A DNA stretch of 64,000 bases from positions 1 to 64,000 of the forward strand of contig JAOZFT010000020.1 of assembly GCA_027492035.1 (NCBI GenBank). The letters are read 5' to 3'. Under the pieces are notes generated by a model. That model had not been told where the DNA came from and searched no databases. It saw nothing but the letters and a program-made list of their open reading frames with translations. The position numbers were made by a program, and so were the translations under genes. This stretch comes from Thermoproteota archaeon (GTDB taxonomy: Archaea > Korarchaeota > JAOZGF01 > JAOZFZ01). Positions 9,963 to 18,943 of this stretch are shown here, in pieces (position 1 is the first letter of the stretch; the number at the start of each line of letters is the position of its first letter).

Positions 9963-10160
9963 ATGCGAAAAACAATGCTTTTTCTGCTCTTAGCAATAGT
10001 ACTTCTAGGCTTTATGTTTCTAGCAGTGTCAGGTACATCACCAGCATACTGCCCACCAGGTAGTGGTGGAGGGGGAGGTGTACCCTTCGGTGCACCAGGA
10101 GACGGAGTTACCCCAGATCAACCTGGTAGTGGTGGAGGGGGAGGTGTACCCTTCGGCTAA
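9963..10160 (+). CDS. Small secreted peptide with duplicated PGSGGGGGVPFG motif
   Basis: GGTGAAGG SD; MRK plus hydrophobic signal peptide; in-frame repeat; T-rich terminator after the stop. Confidence 0.75.
   Translation: MRKTMLFLLLAIVLLGFMFLAVSGTSPAYCPPGSGGGGGVPFGAPGDGVTPDQPGSGGGGGVPFG
10059..10156 (+). repeat. 32-nt exact direct repeat (10059-10090 and 10125-10156) inside the small peptide gene
   Basis: GGTAGTGGTGGAGGGGGAGGTGTACCCTTCGG occurs twice, 66 nt apart. Confidence 0.95.
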
Positions 10161-10399
10161 ACCTCCTCAACCATTTCCTTTTTTTTAGCCATAAATTTCA
10201 TTTAACTCCTGCGTCCTGTCTAAGTTATAGAGTAAATTTCTTCTTTGATTTTATAAATTGTTTAGTTCTACTTATTCTTAAAAGTGTGCTATTTTAAATA
10301 AAAAGTTTTAAGGAACTAAAAGTTCATTTACTCATTCCCTTCATACTTTGCCTCCTTGTTAATTTTTGTTTCAATTTTTGAGGGGAAGGGTGTTTATTT

Positions 10400-11596
10400 T
10401 TGCACATGGATAATCCGCCTTTGGAAGGTGTAAAAGTTTTAGATTTAACCCATGTACTAGCAGGTCCATTTGCTACAATGATTCTTGCAGACTTAGGAGC
10501 TGAAATAGTTAAAATTGAGAAGCCTGGTGTGGGAGATGATTCAAGGACGTTTGGCCCTTTCATAAAAAATGAAAGTGTCTACTTTATGAGTTTAAACAGA
10601 AACAAGAAAAGTGTTACTTTAAATTTGAAAACTGAAAAAGGGAGAAATATTTTCCTTAAACTTGTTGAGAAATTTGATGTGGTAGTGGAAAATTTCAGGC
10701 CGGGTGTAATGGAGAAGCTAGGTTTAGGGTACGACGTGTTAAGAAGAGTTAATTCCTCAATCATTTATGTATCCTGTTCAGGTTTCGGTTCTTACGGTCC
10801 ATACGCAAATAAACCTGCTTATGACATAATTATTCAAGGAATGGGGGGAATAATGAGTATTACGGGGGAACCGGGTAGGCCTCCTGTTAGAGTAGGAACT
10901 TCAATTTCTGATATAGTGGCAGGTTTATTTACAGCTATAAGCATTATTTCAGCTTTATACAAAAGAAACTTAACAGGTGAAGGGTGCAGAATAGATGTTT
11001 CAATGCTTGACTGTCAAGTGGCCATTCTTGAAAATGCCTTAGCGAGGTATTTAGCTACAGGTAAAGTTCCGGAGCCTTTAGGTTCAAGACACCCGTCTAT
11101 CACTCCCTTTGAGGCCTTTAAAACCAAGAATGGATATGTCATAGTGGCTGTAGGAAACAATAAATTATGGAAGAAATTTTGTGAAGCAATTAAAAAAACT
11201 GAACTAATTTCAGATCAAAGGTTCAAAAATAACGAATTAAGGACGAAAAATTATAATTCGTTAAAGAAAATTTTGTCAAAAATTTTAGCTGAGAAAACTA
11301 CAGAGGAATGGATTAAAATTTTCGAGGAGAAAGGAATACCTTGCGGGCCAATAAATACAGTAGATAAATTATTGAATGACCCTCAAATAAAAGCTCGTCA
11401 AATGATTGTGGAAATCTTCAAACCTAAAACGGGAAAAATTAAGGCCCCTGCTTCACCTATAAAATTTTCAAATTTTGAATATCGGGTGAGGTTTCCACCT
11501 CCAAACTTGGGTGAACACACAGCAGAAATACTTAAGAAGTTCCTTTCTTTGACAGATCAACAAATTAAAAAGCTTAGAGAGGAAAAAGTAATATAG
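10400..11596 (+). CDS. CoA-transferase family III (CaiB/BaiF)
   Basis: PLEGVKVLDLTHVLAGP, LADLGAEIVKIE, NRNKKSVTLNLK, ENFRPG; catalytic Asp in ISDIVAG. Confidence 0.95.
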   Translation: MHMDNPPLEGVKVLDLTHVLAGPFATMILADLGAEIVKIEKPGVGDDSRTFGPFIKNESVYFMSLNRNKKSVTLNLKTEKGRNIFLKLVEKFDVVVENFRPGVMEKLGLGYDVLRRVNSSIIYVSCSGFGSYGPYANKPAYDIIIQGMGGIMSITGEPGRPPVRVGTSISDIVAGLFTAISIISALYKRNLTGEGCRIDVSMLDCQVAILENALARYLATGKVPEPLGSRHPSITPFEAFKTKNGYVIVAVGNNKLWKKFCEAIKKTELISDQRFKNNELRTKNYNSLKKILSKILAEKTTEEWIKIFEEKGIPCGPINTVDKLLNDPQIKARQMIVEIFKPKTGKIKAPASPIKFSNFEYRVRFPPPNLGEHTAEILKKFLSLTDQQIKKLREEKVI

Positions 11597-11947
11597 AGAA
11601 ATTAATTTCAGACCCTTTCGTTCCACAAAATTAAATATAAATAACTGTGCATAGTTATTGGGATTCTTTAAGGCGCTTCTTAATCTATTTCCTAATCAAA
11701 ACATTTCTGAGTATCAATTCTATACTTTCAAATTCCATAAAAGAAATTGGTTGAACATAGCGTGGATGGAAAATAAGAGTTTGATAAAGTCTTCTTAAGG
11801 TTTTCTCAAATTACCTAAAGTTTCCACGCTAAATGTTTTAAAAGAAGTTTTTTCTAAAAACTATTGAAATAAAAAGAAAAAATTAAAATTTACTCCTTCT
11901 TTTCTTTTTTGCAGGTATTTTGTCGTAAATTGAAGGGGTGATGTTTT

Positions 11948-12811
11948 TTGGAAATCAAGAAAGTAACTGTTGTAGGTGCCGGTTTGATGGGGCATGGAAT
12001 TGCACAAGTTCTTTCTCAAGTAGGGAAGTTTAATGTTGCTCTGTTGGATGTAAAACAAGAATTTCTTGATAGGGGAGTGAATTGGATAAAGAAAAGTTTA
12101 GGCAAATTCGTTGAAAAGGGGGTTTTGTCTAATGAAGAAGCTGAAAAAGTTATGGAGAGGATTCACCCAACCTTAAACGTTGAAGAAGCTTATAAAGATA
12201 CTGATTTTGTAATTGAAGCAGCTCCCGAGAAAATAGCAATAAAAAAAGAAGTTTTTAAAGCAGCTGACAAATTAACAAGGCCAGAAACAATACTTGCTAC
12301 AAACACAAGCTCAATAAGTATAACTTTACTTTCTTCTTTCACTTCTAAACCTGACAAAGTTGTTGGGATGCATTTCTTTAACCCTCCTCAACTGATGAAA
12401 CTGGTTGAAATAATTAAAGGTAAATTAACAAGTGACGAAACAATTTCGGCAGTAAAAGACTTAATTGAAAAAATAGGTAAAGAGGCTGTTCTTGTCAAAA
12501 AAGACGCACCAGGTTTCATTGTAAATAGAATCCTTATGCCAGCTTTAAATGAAGCATTGTTTCTTGTGTGGGAAGGAATAGCTGAACCTAAAGATATAGA
12601 TAAAGCCATAAAACTCGGTTTAAACTGGCCCATGGGGCCGCTTACACTACTAGATTATGTAGGCTTGGATACTGCTCTATCCGTCATTGACGTACTTTAT
12701 AACGAATTTAAAGACTCCAAATATAGAGCCTGCCCTTTACTGGTTCAAATGGTTAGGGCAGGTTTACTTGGTAGAAAAACAGGGAAAGGATTCTATGACT
12801 GGAAACACTAA
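11948..12811 (+). CDS. 3-hydroxyacyl-CoA (3-hydroxybutyryl-CoA) dehydrogenase
   Basis: VVGAGLMGHGIA, ATNTSS, GMHFFNP, PGFIVNR, PMGPL, GRKTGKGFY. Confidence 0.95.
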   Translation: MEIKKVTVVGAGLMGHGIAQVLSQVGKFNVALLDVKQEFLDRGVNWIKKSLGKFVEKGVLSNEEAEKVMERIHPTLNVEEAYKDTDFVIEAAPEKIAIKKEVFKAADKLTRPETILATNTSSISITLLSSFTSKPDKVVGMHFFNPPQLMKLVEIIKGKLTSDETISAVKDLIEKIGKEAVLVKKDAPGFIVNRILMPALNEALFLVWEGIAEPKDIDKAIKLGLNWPMGPLTLLDYVGLDTALSVIDVLYNEFKDSKYRACPLLVQMVRAGLLGRKTGKGFYDWKH

Positions 12812-12871
12812 CCCTTACTCATTTTTTGAAAAAAGGGTAAGAAAACAAGTTTAAAGAGGTGGAAACGTTTC

Positions 12872-13279
12872 TTGACGAAAATTTTCCAACAAGAAATAAC
12901 TTTCTCAACTAAAGGTGAGCTACAATTCTTAAACTTAACCGACGAAGTAAAGGAAGTCGTTAAAGAATCTAAAATTAAAAATGGCTTGGTTTCCCTCTTT
13001 GCTCCACATGCTACAGGCTTAATAATCTTAAACGAAGATGAATCGGGTCTAAGAAGAGACATTAAGGAATTTATGGAGAGAATCATTCCAAAAGAAGGAA
13101 ATTACATTCACTCTTTAAATGCCCATTCACATCTTCGTTCATTAACTTTCGGGGTTTCGCAATGTATTCCTGTTGTCAATGGCGAATTAAAACTAGGAAC
13201 TTGGCAAGAAATACTTTGGGTTGAAGTGGATGTATCAGCACGGAAAAGGAAGTTAATTGTGACAGTTATAGGTGATTAA
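12872..13279 (+). CDS. yjbQ: YjbQ/UPF0047 family protein
   Basis: HATGLIILNE, NAHSHL and LGTWQ motifs. Confidence 0.9.
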   Translation: MTKIFQQEITFSTKGELQFLNLTDEVKEVVKESKIKNGLVSLFAPHATGLIILNEDESGLRRDIKEFMERIIPKEGNYIHSLNAHSHLRSLTFGVSQCIPVVNGELKLGTWQEILWVEVDVSARKRKLIVTVIGD

Positions 13280-13438
13280 TTTTTTCACCTCTTTAATTTA
13301 AGGAATCAGTAGGCCTTCTCAACTTTCCCTATTGACTTAACCCTACTGATTTAAAAATGTTCCCCCCTTTTTTCTTCTTCACCTTTTCCCAATTTTTTAT
13401 CCTTCTTCAAATGTATTTTCTCTCTGTGGTGAAGAATA

Positions 13439-14140
13439 TTGAAGAGAGTGGACAAATTTCTTGTGGTGTTTTCCGTTTCTCTCTTATCTCTCATGTTTAA
13501 TTTTTCAGTGGTTTCTTTTTGTCAAAACCAAGTTTCTAGAATAATCACTTTGAACATTAACTCTGAAGGTGAATGCTCAATAACTTACCTCTACACTCCT
13601 TTAAACTACACTAAAACTAGGGCAGAAGATATAAATGAAACAGCTTGGGAAGCATTATTTGCCACTCTCTTCTCGCCTGGCGGTAACAAAACAAAAATTA
13701 AAGAATTACATCATGAATTCATTGATGACAAGAAACAGGTGAAATTCACGTTTAAGGTTTTAAGTTTTGTTGAGAAACAAAACAAAACAAGGATTATTTC
13801 CGCCAACAAAATAGGGGTTTTAAAAACTCTCAAAGCTAAAAAGGCCAGTTACAAATTGGATGATAACGTAGTGCACTTTACTTTCAACTCTACAGAGTTC
13901 TGGGACGTAACATTCAAACTTGAAGGTGCAACAAACGTTACAGTTAACTCTGCCACTTACAGCATCAAATATGACCAAGCCAGTGGTTTCGGTTTCCCTT
14001 TCTTCCCCCCATTTAACTGGAAACCTAAAGAAAAAATTGTTCTACCTCCCTCCTTACCTCTCGCACTTATTGTTCCCTTAGTTGTTTTGATGGCTTTAAT
14101 GTTAGGGGTCATTGTTAAGACCGCAATGAGTGAAGAGTAG
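13439..14140 (+). CDS. Secreted or surface protein with C-terminal TM anchor, unknown function
   Basis: N-terminal signal peptide, beta-rich body with several NxS/T sequons, Pro-rich linker, C-terminal TM. Confidence 0.7.
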   Translation: MKRVDKFLVVFSVSLLSLMFNFSVVSFCQNQVSRIITLNINSEGECSITYLYTPLNYTKTRAEDINETAWEALFATLFSPGGNKTKIKELHHEFIDDKKQVKFTFKVLSFVEKQNKTRIISANKIGVLKTLKAKKASYKLDDNVVHFTFNSTEFWDVTFKLEGATNVTVNSATYSIKYDQASGFGFPFFPPFNWKPKEKIVLPPSLPLALIVPLVVLMALMLGVIVKTAMSEE

Positions 14141-14163
14141 AGAAGCGTGGGGCCTGAGCCCTT

Positions 14164-15012
14164 TTGAAACAATTCAATAAACTATTGTTCGGAGTTGCTG
14201 GAGTACCTTTAGCCTCGGAGAAAAGAACGATACTTGAAGGCGTAAAAAAGGTTAAAGAGTTAAATTTAGATGCAATGGAACTTGAGTTCGTGAGGAGAGT
14301 TAATGTTACAGTGGATAAAGCAATAGATATAAGAGTTGTTTCCAAAAGAGAAAACATAGCTTTGACTTCACATGCACCCTACTATATAAACTTTAACTCT
14401 TTCGAAAATGAAAAACTGAAGATGAGTAAGAAGAGGTTGCTTGAAACCTGTAAAATAACTTATTTCTGTGGAGGCTGGAGTGTTTGTTTCCATGCAGCTT
14501 ATTACATGAATAAACCGGTAAATGAAGTTTATTCAAAAGTTAAGAATGCTTTGAAGGAGTTGATGGAGGAGCTGATGACTCAGAAATACATTGTTTGGGT
14601 TAGACCTGAAACAACAGGTAAACCAAGCCAATTTGGAAGCCTAGAAGAACTTATAAAGCTCAGTTTAGAAGTGGAAAATGTTCTGCCTGTCATCGACTTC
14701 GCTCACCTCCACGCTAGAGCTAAGGGTGGAAACAACAGCTATGAAGAATTCTGCAGCATACTTTCTTTAATTGAGAAAGAGTTGAGTGTAGAAGCGTTGA
14801 AAAATATGCATATCCATGTCTCAGGTATAGAATATGGCGAAAAAGGTGAAAAGAGACATTTAAATCTTTTAAATTCAGATTTTAACTACAAAGACTTAAT
14901 TAAAGCTTTAAAAAAGTTTGAAGTTAAAGGAGTACTCATTTGCGAATCCCCAAATAAGGAGGAGGACACCTTACTCCTGAAAAAAACTTATGAAAGTAAC
15001 GATCCACTTTAA
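14164..15012 (+). CDS. nfo: Endonuclease IV (AP endonuclease family 2)
   Basis: SHAPYYIN, RPETTGKPSQFGSLEE, IDFAHLHAR, HIHVSGIEY, ICESP. Confidence 0.92.
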   Translation: MKQFNKLLFGVAGVPLASEKRTILEGVKKVKELNLDAMELEFVRRVNVTVDKAIDIRVVSKRENIALTSHAPYYINFNSFENEKLKMSKKRLLETCKITYFCGGWSVCFHAAYYMNKPVNEVYSKVKNALKELMEELMTQKYIVWVRPETTGKPSQFGSLEELIKLSLEVENVLPVIDFAHLHARAKGGNNSYEEFCSILSLIEKELSVEALKNMHIHVSGIEYGEKGEKRHLNLLNSDFNYKDLIKALKKFEVKGVLICESPNKEEDTLLLKKTYESNDPL

Positions 15013-15404
15013 ACTTTTGTTTTTTGTGCCTCCATATAGTACTCACTGATTTTTTTAGCTTTCTTCCTCAAGTAATTCAAAAGAAGTCCAGCTGCAGTCT
15101 TCCTTTTTGAGGCTACAAACAAAGCTAAATCTTGATTTATCATTTCAATAATTAACATTCCTCTATTTGTCTTAATCACTGCCTCCCTCAAGTTTTTTTG
15201 GAACAGAGAATTTAAAACTTTATCAATAGAAGCAGAAAGTATGGGAAACATAGCTGAAAGAGTTTCTGTTTGAGTTTCTGAAGGACCAAAAACCGGTAAC
15301 CCTTCATTTGTCGTTACTACACAGTTTGAAATGTTGAACTTGGTTGAAACCATTTTATTCATTGTTTCTTCTATTCTTTTGTATGGGTTAGACAAGTTAA
15401 TCAT
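15009..15404 (-). CDS. Roadblock/LC7 domain protein
   Basis: CVVTTNEGLPV..ETLSAM..LREAVIKTNRGMLII..GLLL pattern. Confidence 0.8.
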   Translation of the reverse strand: MINLSNPYKRIEETMNKMVSTKFNISNCVVTTNEGLPVFGPSETQTETLSAMFPILSASIDKVLNSLFQKNLREAVIKTNRGMLIIEMINQDLALFVASKRKTAAGLLLNYLRKKAKKISEYYMEAQKTKV

Positions 15405-15455
15405 TCACCTCTATATTGAAAGAGGCAACTCCTAAACCAAAAAATTAGTTGGCTT

Positions 15456-15848
15456 CTATATGCCCTTCTTAAGTATTTTTAATTTTTCACATTCTTTCTT
15501 GATTTTTTTAAGATAATACCTTAAGAAGTTCATTAATGAACCTGTTTTGCTTTCTCTAGCTGTAACCATTAAGTAAAGGGAGCCTGAAATCTTGAAAAGA
15601 ATTATTGACTCCTCATGTGTTTTAATCACTGCCTCGTCGCAGTTTTCAGAGAAAAGATTTTTAACGGCAGTACTTAAAGCATTAGCTAGGTCAGGGCAAA
15701 GTGACGCATGGACCTCTGGGTCGAAATCTCCCTTAGACCAAAACAAAGGCAAACCTTCATCTGAAGCAATAATGCAGCTTTTAACAGAATCTCTCCTCTC
15801 CCTTATATTATTTAATGTTTCTTCAATAATTTCAAAGCTGGATTTCAT
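15456..15848 (-). CDS. Roadblock/LC7 domain protein (paralog)
   Basis: CIIASDEGLPL..EVHASL..DEAVIKTHEESIIL..GSLM pattern; clearly paralogous to its neighbour. Confidence 0.8.
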   Translation of the reverse strand: MKSSFEIIEETLNNIRERRDSVKSCIIASDEGLPLFWSKGDFDPEVHASLCPDLANALSTAVKNLFSENCDEAVIKTHEESIILFKISGSLYLMVTARESKTGSLMNFLRYYLKKIKKECEKLKILKKGI

Positions 15849-15932
15849 GTTAGATCTAAGAAAAGGTGTGGAAAATATTTTTAAATTTTTTCACATTTTA
15901 AGTTGAAAAACCACTTCATTTTCTTTATTTCT

Positions 15933-16823
15933 TTAAACAAAAAATTTTTCTTCCTTAACTGTTTTGTAACCGTAAGCCATTCGCGGTGTATTGTACGCTA
16001 CCCCTATTCTCCCCTTCATGTCAAGAACTATTATTCCACCGTGACCATTTACTCTTCTTTCTAAGTAGTTAATTACTTTCTCTGCAGCTTTTTGTGGATT
16101 TTTTGTTTTCTTTAAGAAGTAAATAGCTGTTTTAGCTAATGTAACCTTCATTAGGTCCTCACCATGTCCTGTAGCAGCTGCTGCACCTATTTCGTTGTCG
16201 GCATATGCTCCACAACCAATTAATGGTGTATCCCCCACTCTGCTGGGGAATTTATTTGGTATTCCGCCAGTGGATGTAGCAACTGCTATGTTTCTACTTG
16301 AATCCAACGCTATAGCCCCAACTGTGTCTTTTCTGGATTGAAATAGACTTTCAATTCTATTTCCCTCCTTTCTTATTTCAAACAGCCTCTTTCTTTCTCT
16401 TTCAACAATTAAATCACCTGTTTTGCATTCTTCAACCCCATTTTTTCTTGCAAACTTTAAGGCTCCTTCTCCAACAATGAAATTATGTTTTGACCTTTCC
16501 ATAACAAGTCTTGCAAGTGAAACTGGGTGTTTAATGTTTTTTACTGCAGCTACGGCCCCGAAACTAAGTGTTTTACCGTCCATTATTAAAGCATCCATTT
16601 CTATTTCTCCTTCCATGTTTAAAACAGACCCCTTCCCTGCATCAAAAACAGGATTATCTTCCATTGATTTAACAGCTGCTTCAACAGCGTCCAAAGCCGT
16701 CCCTCCATTGATTAGAATTTCCCAACCTACTAAAACAGCTTCTTTGCATCCTTTTCTATGTTTTTCTGTGAGGTCATATGGAATATTCCAAGCTCCTCCA
16801 TGAACAACTAAAACAGGATTCAT
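15933..16823 (-). CDS. iaaA: Isoaspartyl peptidase / plant-type L-asparaginase (Ntn hydrolase)
   Basis: VVHGGA, MEDNPVFDAGKG, autocleavage D/TVGAIA, ATSTGG, RVGDTP, TGHGE. Confidence 0.93.
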   Translation of the reverse strand: MNPVLVVHGGAWNIPYDLTEKHRKGCKEAVLVGWEILINGGTALDAVEAAVKSMEDNPVFDAGKGSVLNMEGEIEMDALIMDGKTLSFGAVAAVKNIKHPVSLARLVMERSKHNFIVGEGALKFARKNGVEECKTGDLIVERERKRLFEIRKEGNRIESLFQSRKDTVGAIALDSSRNIAVATSTGGIPNKFPSRVGDTPLIGCGAYADNEIGAAAATGHGEDLMKVTLAKTAIYFLKKTKNPQKAAEKVINYLERRVNGHGGIIVLDMKGRIGVAYNTPRMAYGYKTVKEEKFFV

Positions 16824-17536
16824 TTCCTTCCACTTTTTTCCCTAAAATATTTGCATTTATTTCTTATTGGACATTTTCCACATTTCGGTTTTCTTGTTTT
16901 ACAAATCTTTCTTCCAAAATTTATTAGGAGTAAATGAGCCTCCAAGTACTTGTCTGGAGGGAAAGTTTCCTCAAGTTTTTTCCTTATCTTTTCATATTTA
17001 GCTTTTTCATCTACTAAACCAAGTCTTTTAGTTATCCTTTCTATGTGGGTGTCAACAGGAAAAACTTTTTTATCTGTTAAACTTAACAAAACTACATCTG
17101 CAGTTTTAAACCCTACTCCAGGCAGTTTCAGAAGTTCTTTTCTGGCTTCTTTTAAAGGCTTATTTAAAATAATGTTCAAGTCGCCACCGAATTCTTTCAC
17201 TACTTTTCTAGAAAGGCTGATTATTTTTTCAGCTTTTAAATTATGCATTCCTCCTGGTTTTATTGTTTCAGCTAGCTCCTCCCTTTTAACTAAAGCTATT
17301 TCTTCAGGTTTCAAAATATACTTCTCTTTTAATTTTTTAAAAGCTCTTATTGAGTTGCGGTCATTTGTATTTTGCGACAAAACAGTGGCTAACAATATTT
17401 TAAAAGGGTCACGGTCTTCGATTAACGCTTTTAAGGAAGTGAATTCTTGAAAATTGAAGGTTCCAACACTTCTTAACTTGTTTAACAATTCGTAACCTAA
17501 CAATTTACTCAATTTCTCTTTCATTCCTCCCCTCAA
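16820..17536 (-). CDS. nth: Endonuclease III (HhH-GPD, 4Fe-4S)
   Basis: VLSQNTND, LPGVGFKTA, PVDTH, CKTRKPKCGKCPIRNKC. Confidence 0.95.
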   Translation of the reverse strand: MRGGMKEKLSKLLGYELLNKLRSVGTFNFQEFTSLKALIEDRDPFKILLATVLSQNTNDRNSIRAFKKLKEKYILKPEEIALVKREELAETIKPGGMHNLKAEKIISLSRKVVKEFGGDLNIILNKPLKEARKELLKLPGVGFKTADVVLLSLTDKKVFPVDTHIERITKRLGLVDEKAKYEKIRKKLEETFPPDKYLEAHLLLINFGRKICKTRKPKCGKCPIRNKCKYFREKSGRK

Positions 17537-17702
17537 ATTTCCTTGTTTAAAAAATTAAACTAAGAACTTAGTAAATAAATCCTTAAACGAAAAGTTTCTC
17601 CATGGGAAACTTTAGTAAAGCCCTTGAAGTTCTGCATTTTCCAGAAATGCCTTTATGATTTTTATAGGGGAGATAAAAATCTTTTTCATGTTTTTTGGAA
17701 GG

Positions 17703-18344
17703 TTAGAGCGCCAATAAAATTTTATCCACAAAATATGGTTCAGGAACAGCGCCTTCAAAACTTATTTTCTCATTTATGACAACTTTTGGAACAGCCATAA
17801 CACCGTATTGCTGTGCTAGTTGCGGAAACTCCATTGACTCTATCATTTCAGATGTTACTTTATCATTTTCAATAGCTATTTGGTGAGCTTTTTCTACAGC
17901 TAAGGGGCAGTAAGGACATGTAGGTGTAATAAATACCTTTATGTGGACGTTTTTATTTATCTTTTTTAATTTTTCTTTTGATTCAGGTGTTAACTCAGAT
18001 TCTCCACGTGAAACCCTTATTATTGTTTTCACTAACGTTGTGAATTCGTAACCTGACGGTATACCGAAAAACCTTATTCCATAATCCTTTTTCCCCAGTA
18101 GAACTATAGCTGGGGTTTTATCTATTTTGTATTTGTTCGCTTTTTCTTTATTTTCTGTTAAACTGTAAAATTCAGTTTTTATTTTGTTTGAAAGAGAAGA
18201 CAGTTCCTCAATTATCTGTTTTGTTTCATTACAGTATTGGCAATCGGTTTCTTCAGTGAAAACCAAAATATTAATTTCTTCTTTCAGTTTTTCGTCGAAT
18301 TCTTTCCTTAAATATTCCTGATCTTCTTTATTTATGAAAGACAT
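17703..18344 (-). CDS. Protein disulfide oxidoreductase (PDO, two thioredoxin folds)
   Basis: CQYC and CPYC active sites; GIPSGYEF; VMAVPKVVIN. Confidence 0.93.
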   Translation of the reverse strand: MSFINKEDQEYLRKEFDEKLKEEINILVFTEETDCQYCNETKQIIEELSSLSNKIKTEFYSLTENKEKANKYKIDKTPAIVLLGKKDYGIRFFGIPSGYEFTTLVKTIIRVSRGESELTPESKEKLKKINKNVHIKVFITPTCPYCPLAVEKAHQIAIENDKVTSEMIESMEFPQLAQQYGVMAVPKVVINEKISFEGAVPEPYFVDKILLAL

Positions 18345-18509
18345 CTTTATCTCCTACAAAAAATTTTTTGCTTTTAATCTTTTTAAGATTACCCTCTTTG
18401 TTTTTACTGTTTTGGAAGGGTTGTGGGGAAAATTATTTTTAAAAGTTTTTCATTCATATTTAATGAAAACAAAATGTTTAAAAGTACTCTGTAAGTGAGG
18501 TGAGGTATC

Positions 18510-18914
18510 TTGGCTAAGTTTCCTTCTGATGAGTGGGTGAAGGAGTTCTGTAAAACTCTTAATCAAAACAAGGCTTACGAGGAAGCTGCCAAAACTTGGG
18601 AGGGTGACTTTTTGTTCATAATAACTCCTGATGAAGATTTAGATAAAGAATATGTTTTCTATGTGGACCTGTGGCACGGTAAATGCAGAGAAGCTCGTTT
18701 ACTTTCAAACAGAGAAGAGAAAAGGACTGAATATATTTATGAAGGGAAGTACTCTAACTGGAAGAAACTAATTAAGGGAGAGATAGACCCAATTAAAGGT
18801 TTATTAACGAGAAAATTTAAATTGAAGGGGAACATGAGCAAAGTTATGAGAGCAACTAAAGCAGCTAAAGAACTGGTTAAAACAGCTAGTTTGGTTCCGA
18901 CAGATTTCATCTAG
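18510..18914 (+). CDS. SCP2 sterol/lipid-binding domain protein
   Basis: FPSDEW..AAKTWEGD..WKKLIKGEIDPIKGLLTRKFKLKGNM. Confidence 0.9.
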   Translation: MAKFPSDEWVKEFCKTLNQNKAYEEAAKTWEGDFLFIITPDEDLDKEYVFYVDLWHGKCREARLLSNREEKRTEYIYEGKYSNWKKLIKGEIDPIKGLLTRKFKLKGNMSKVMRATKAAKELVKTASLVPTDFI

Positions 18915-18943
18915 AAACCCTTGAAAAATTAAGGGAGGGAAAA

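Noticed and set aside
10059-10156. Two 32-nt repeats 66 nt apart, with CRISPR-like spacing
   Set aside because: Only two copies, in frame within a signal-peptide ORF, G-rich codon-like sequence, and no cas genes or leader.
15009-15848. Using the Roadblock genes to assign the genome to Asgard archaea
   Set aside because: Roadblock domains also occur in other archaea and in bacteria; no diagnostic marker is in the window.
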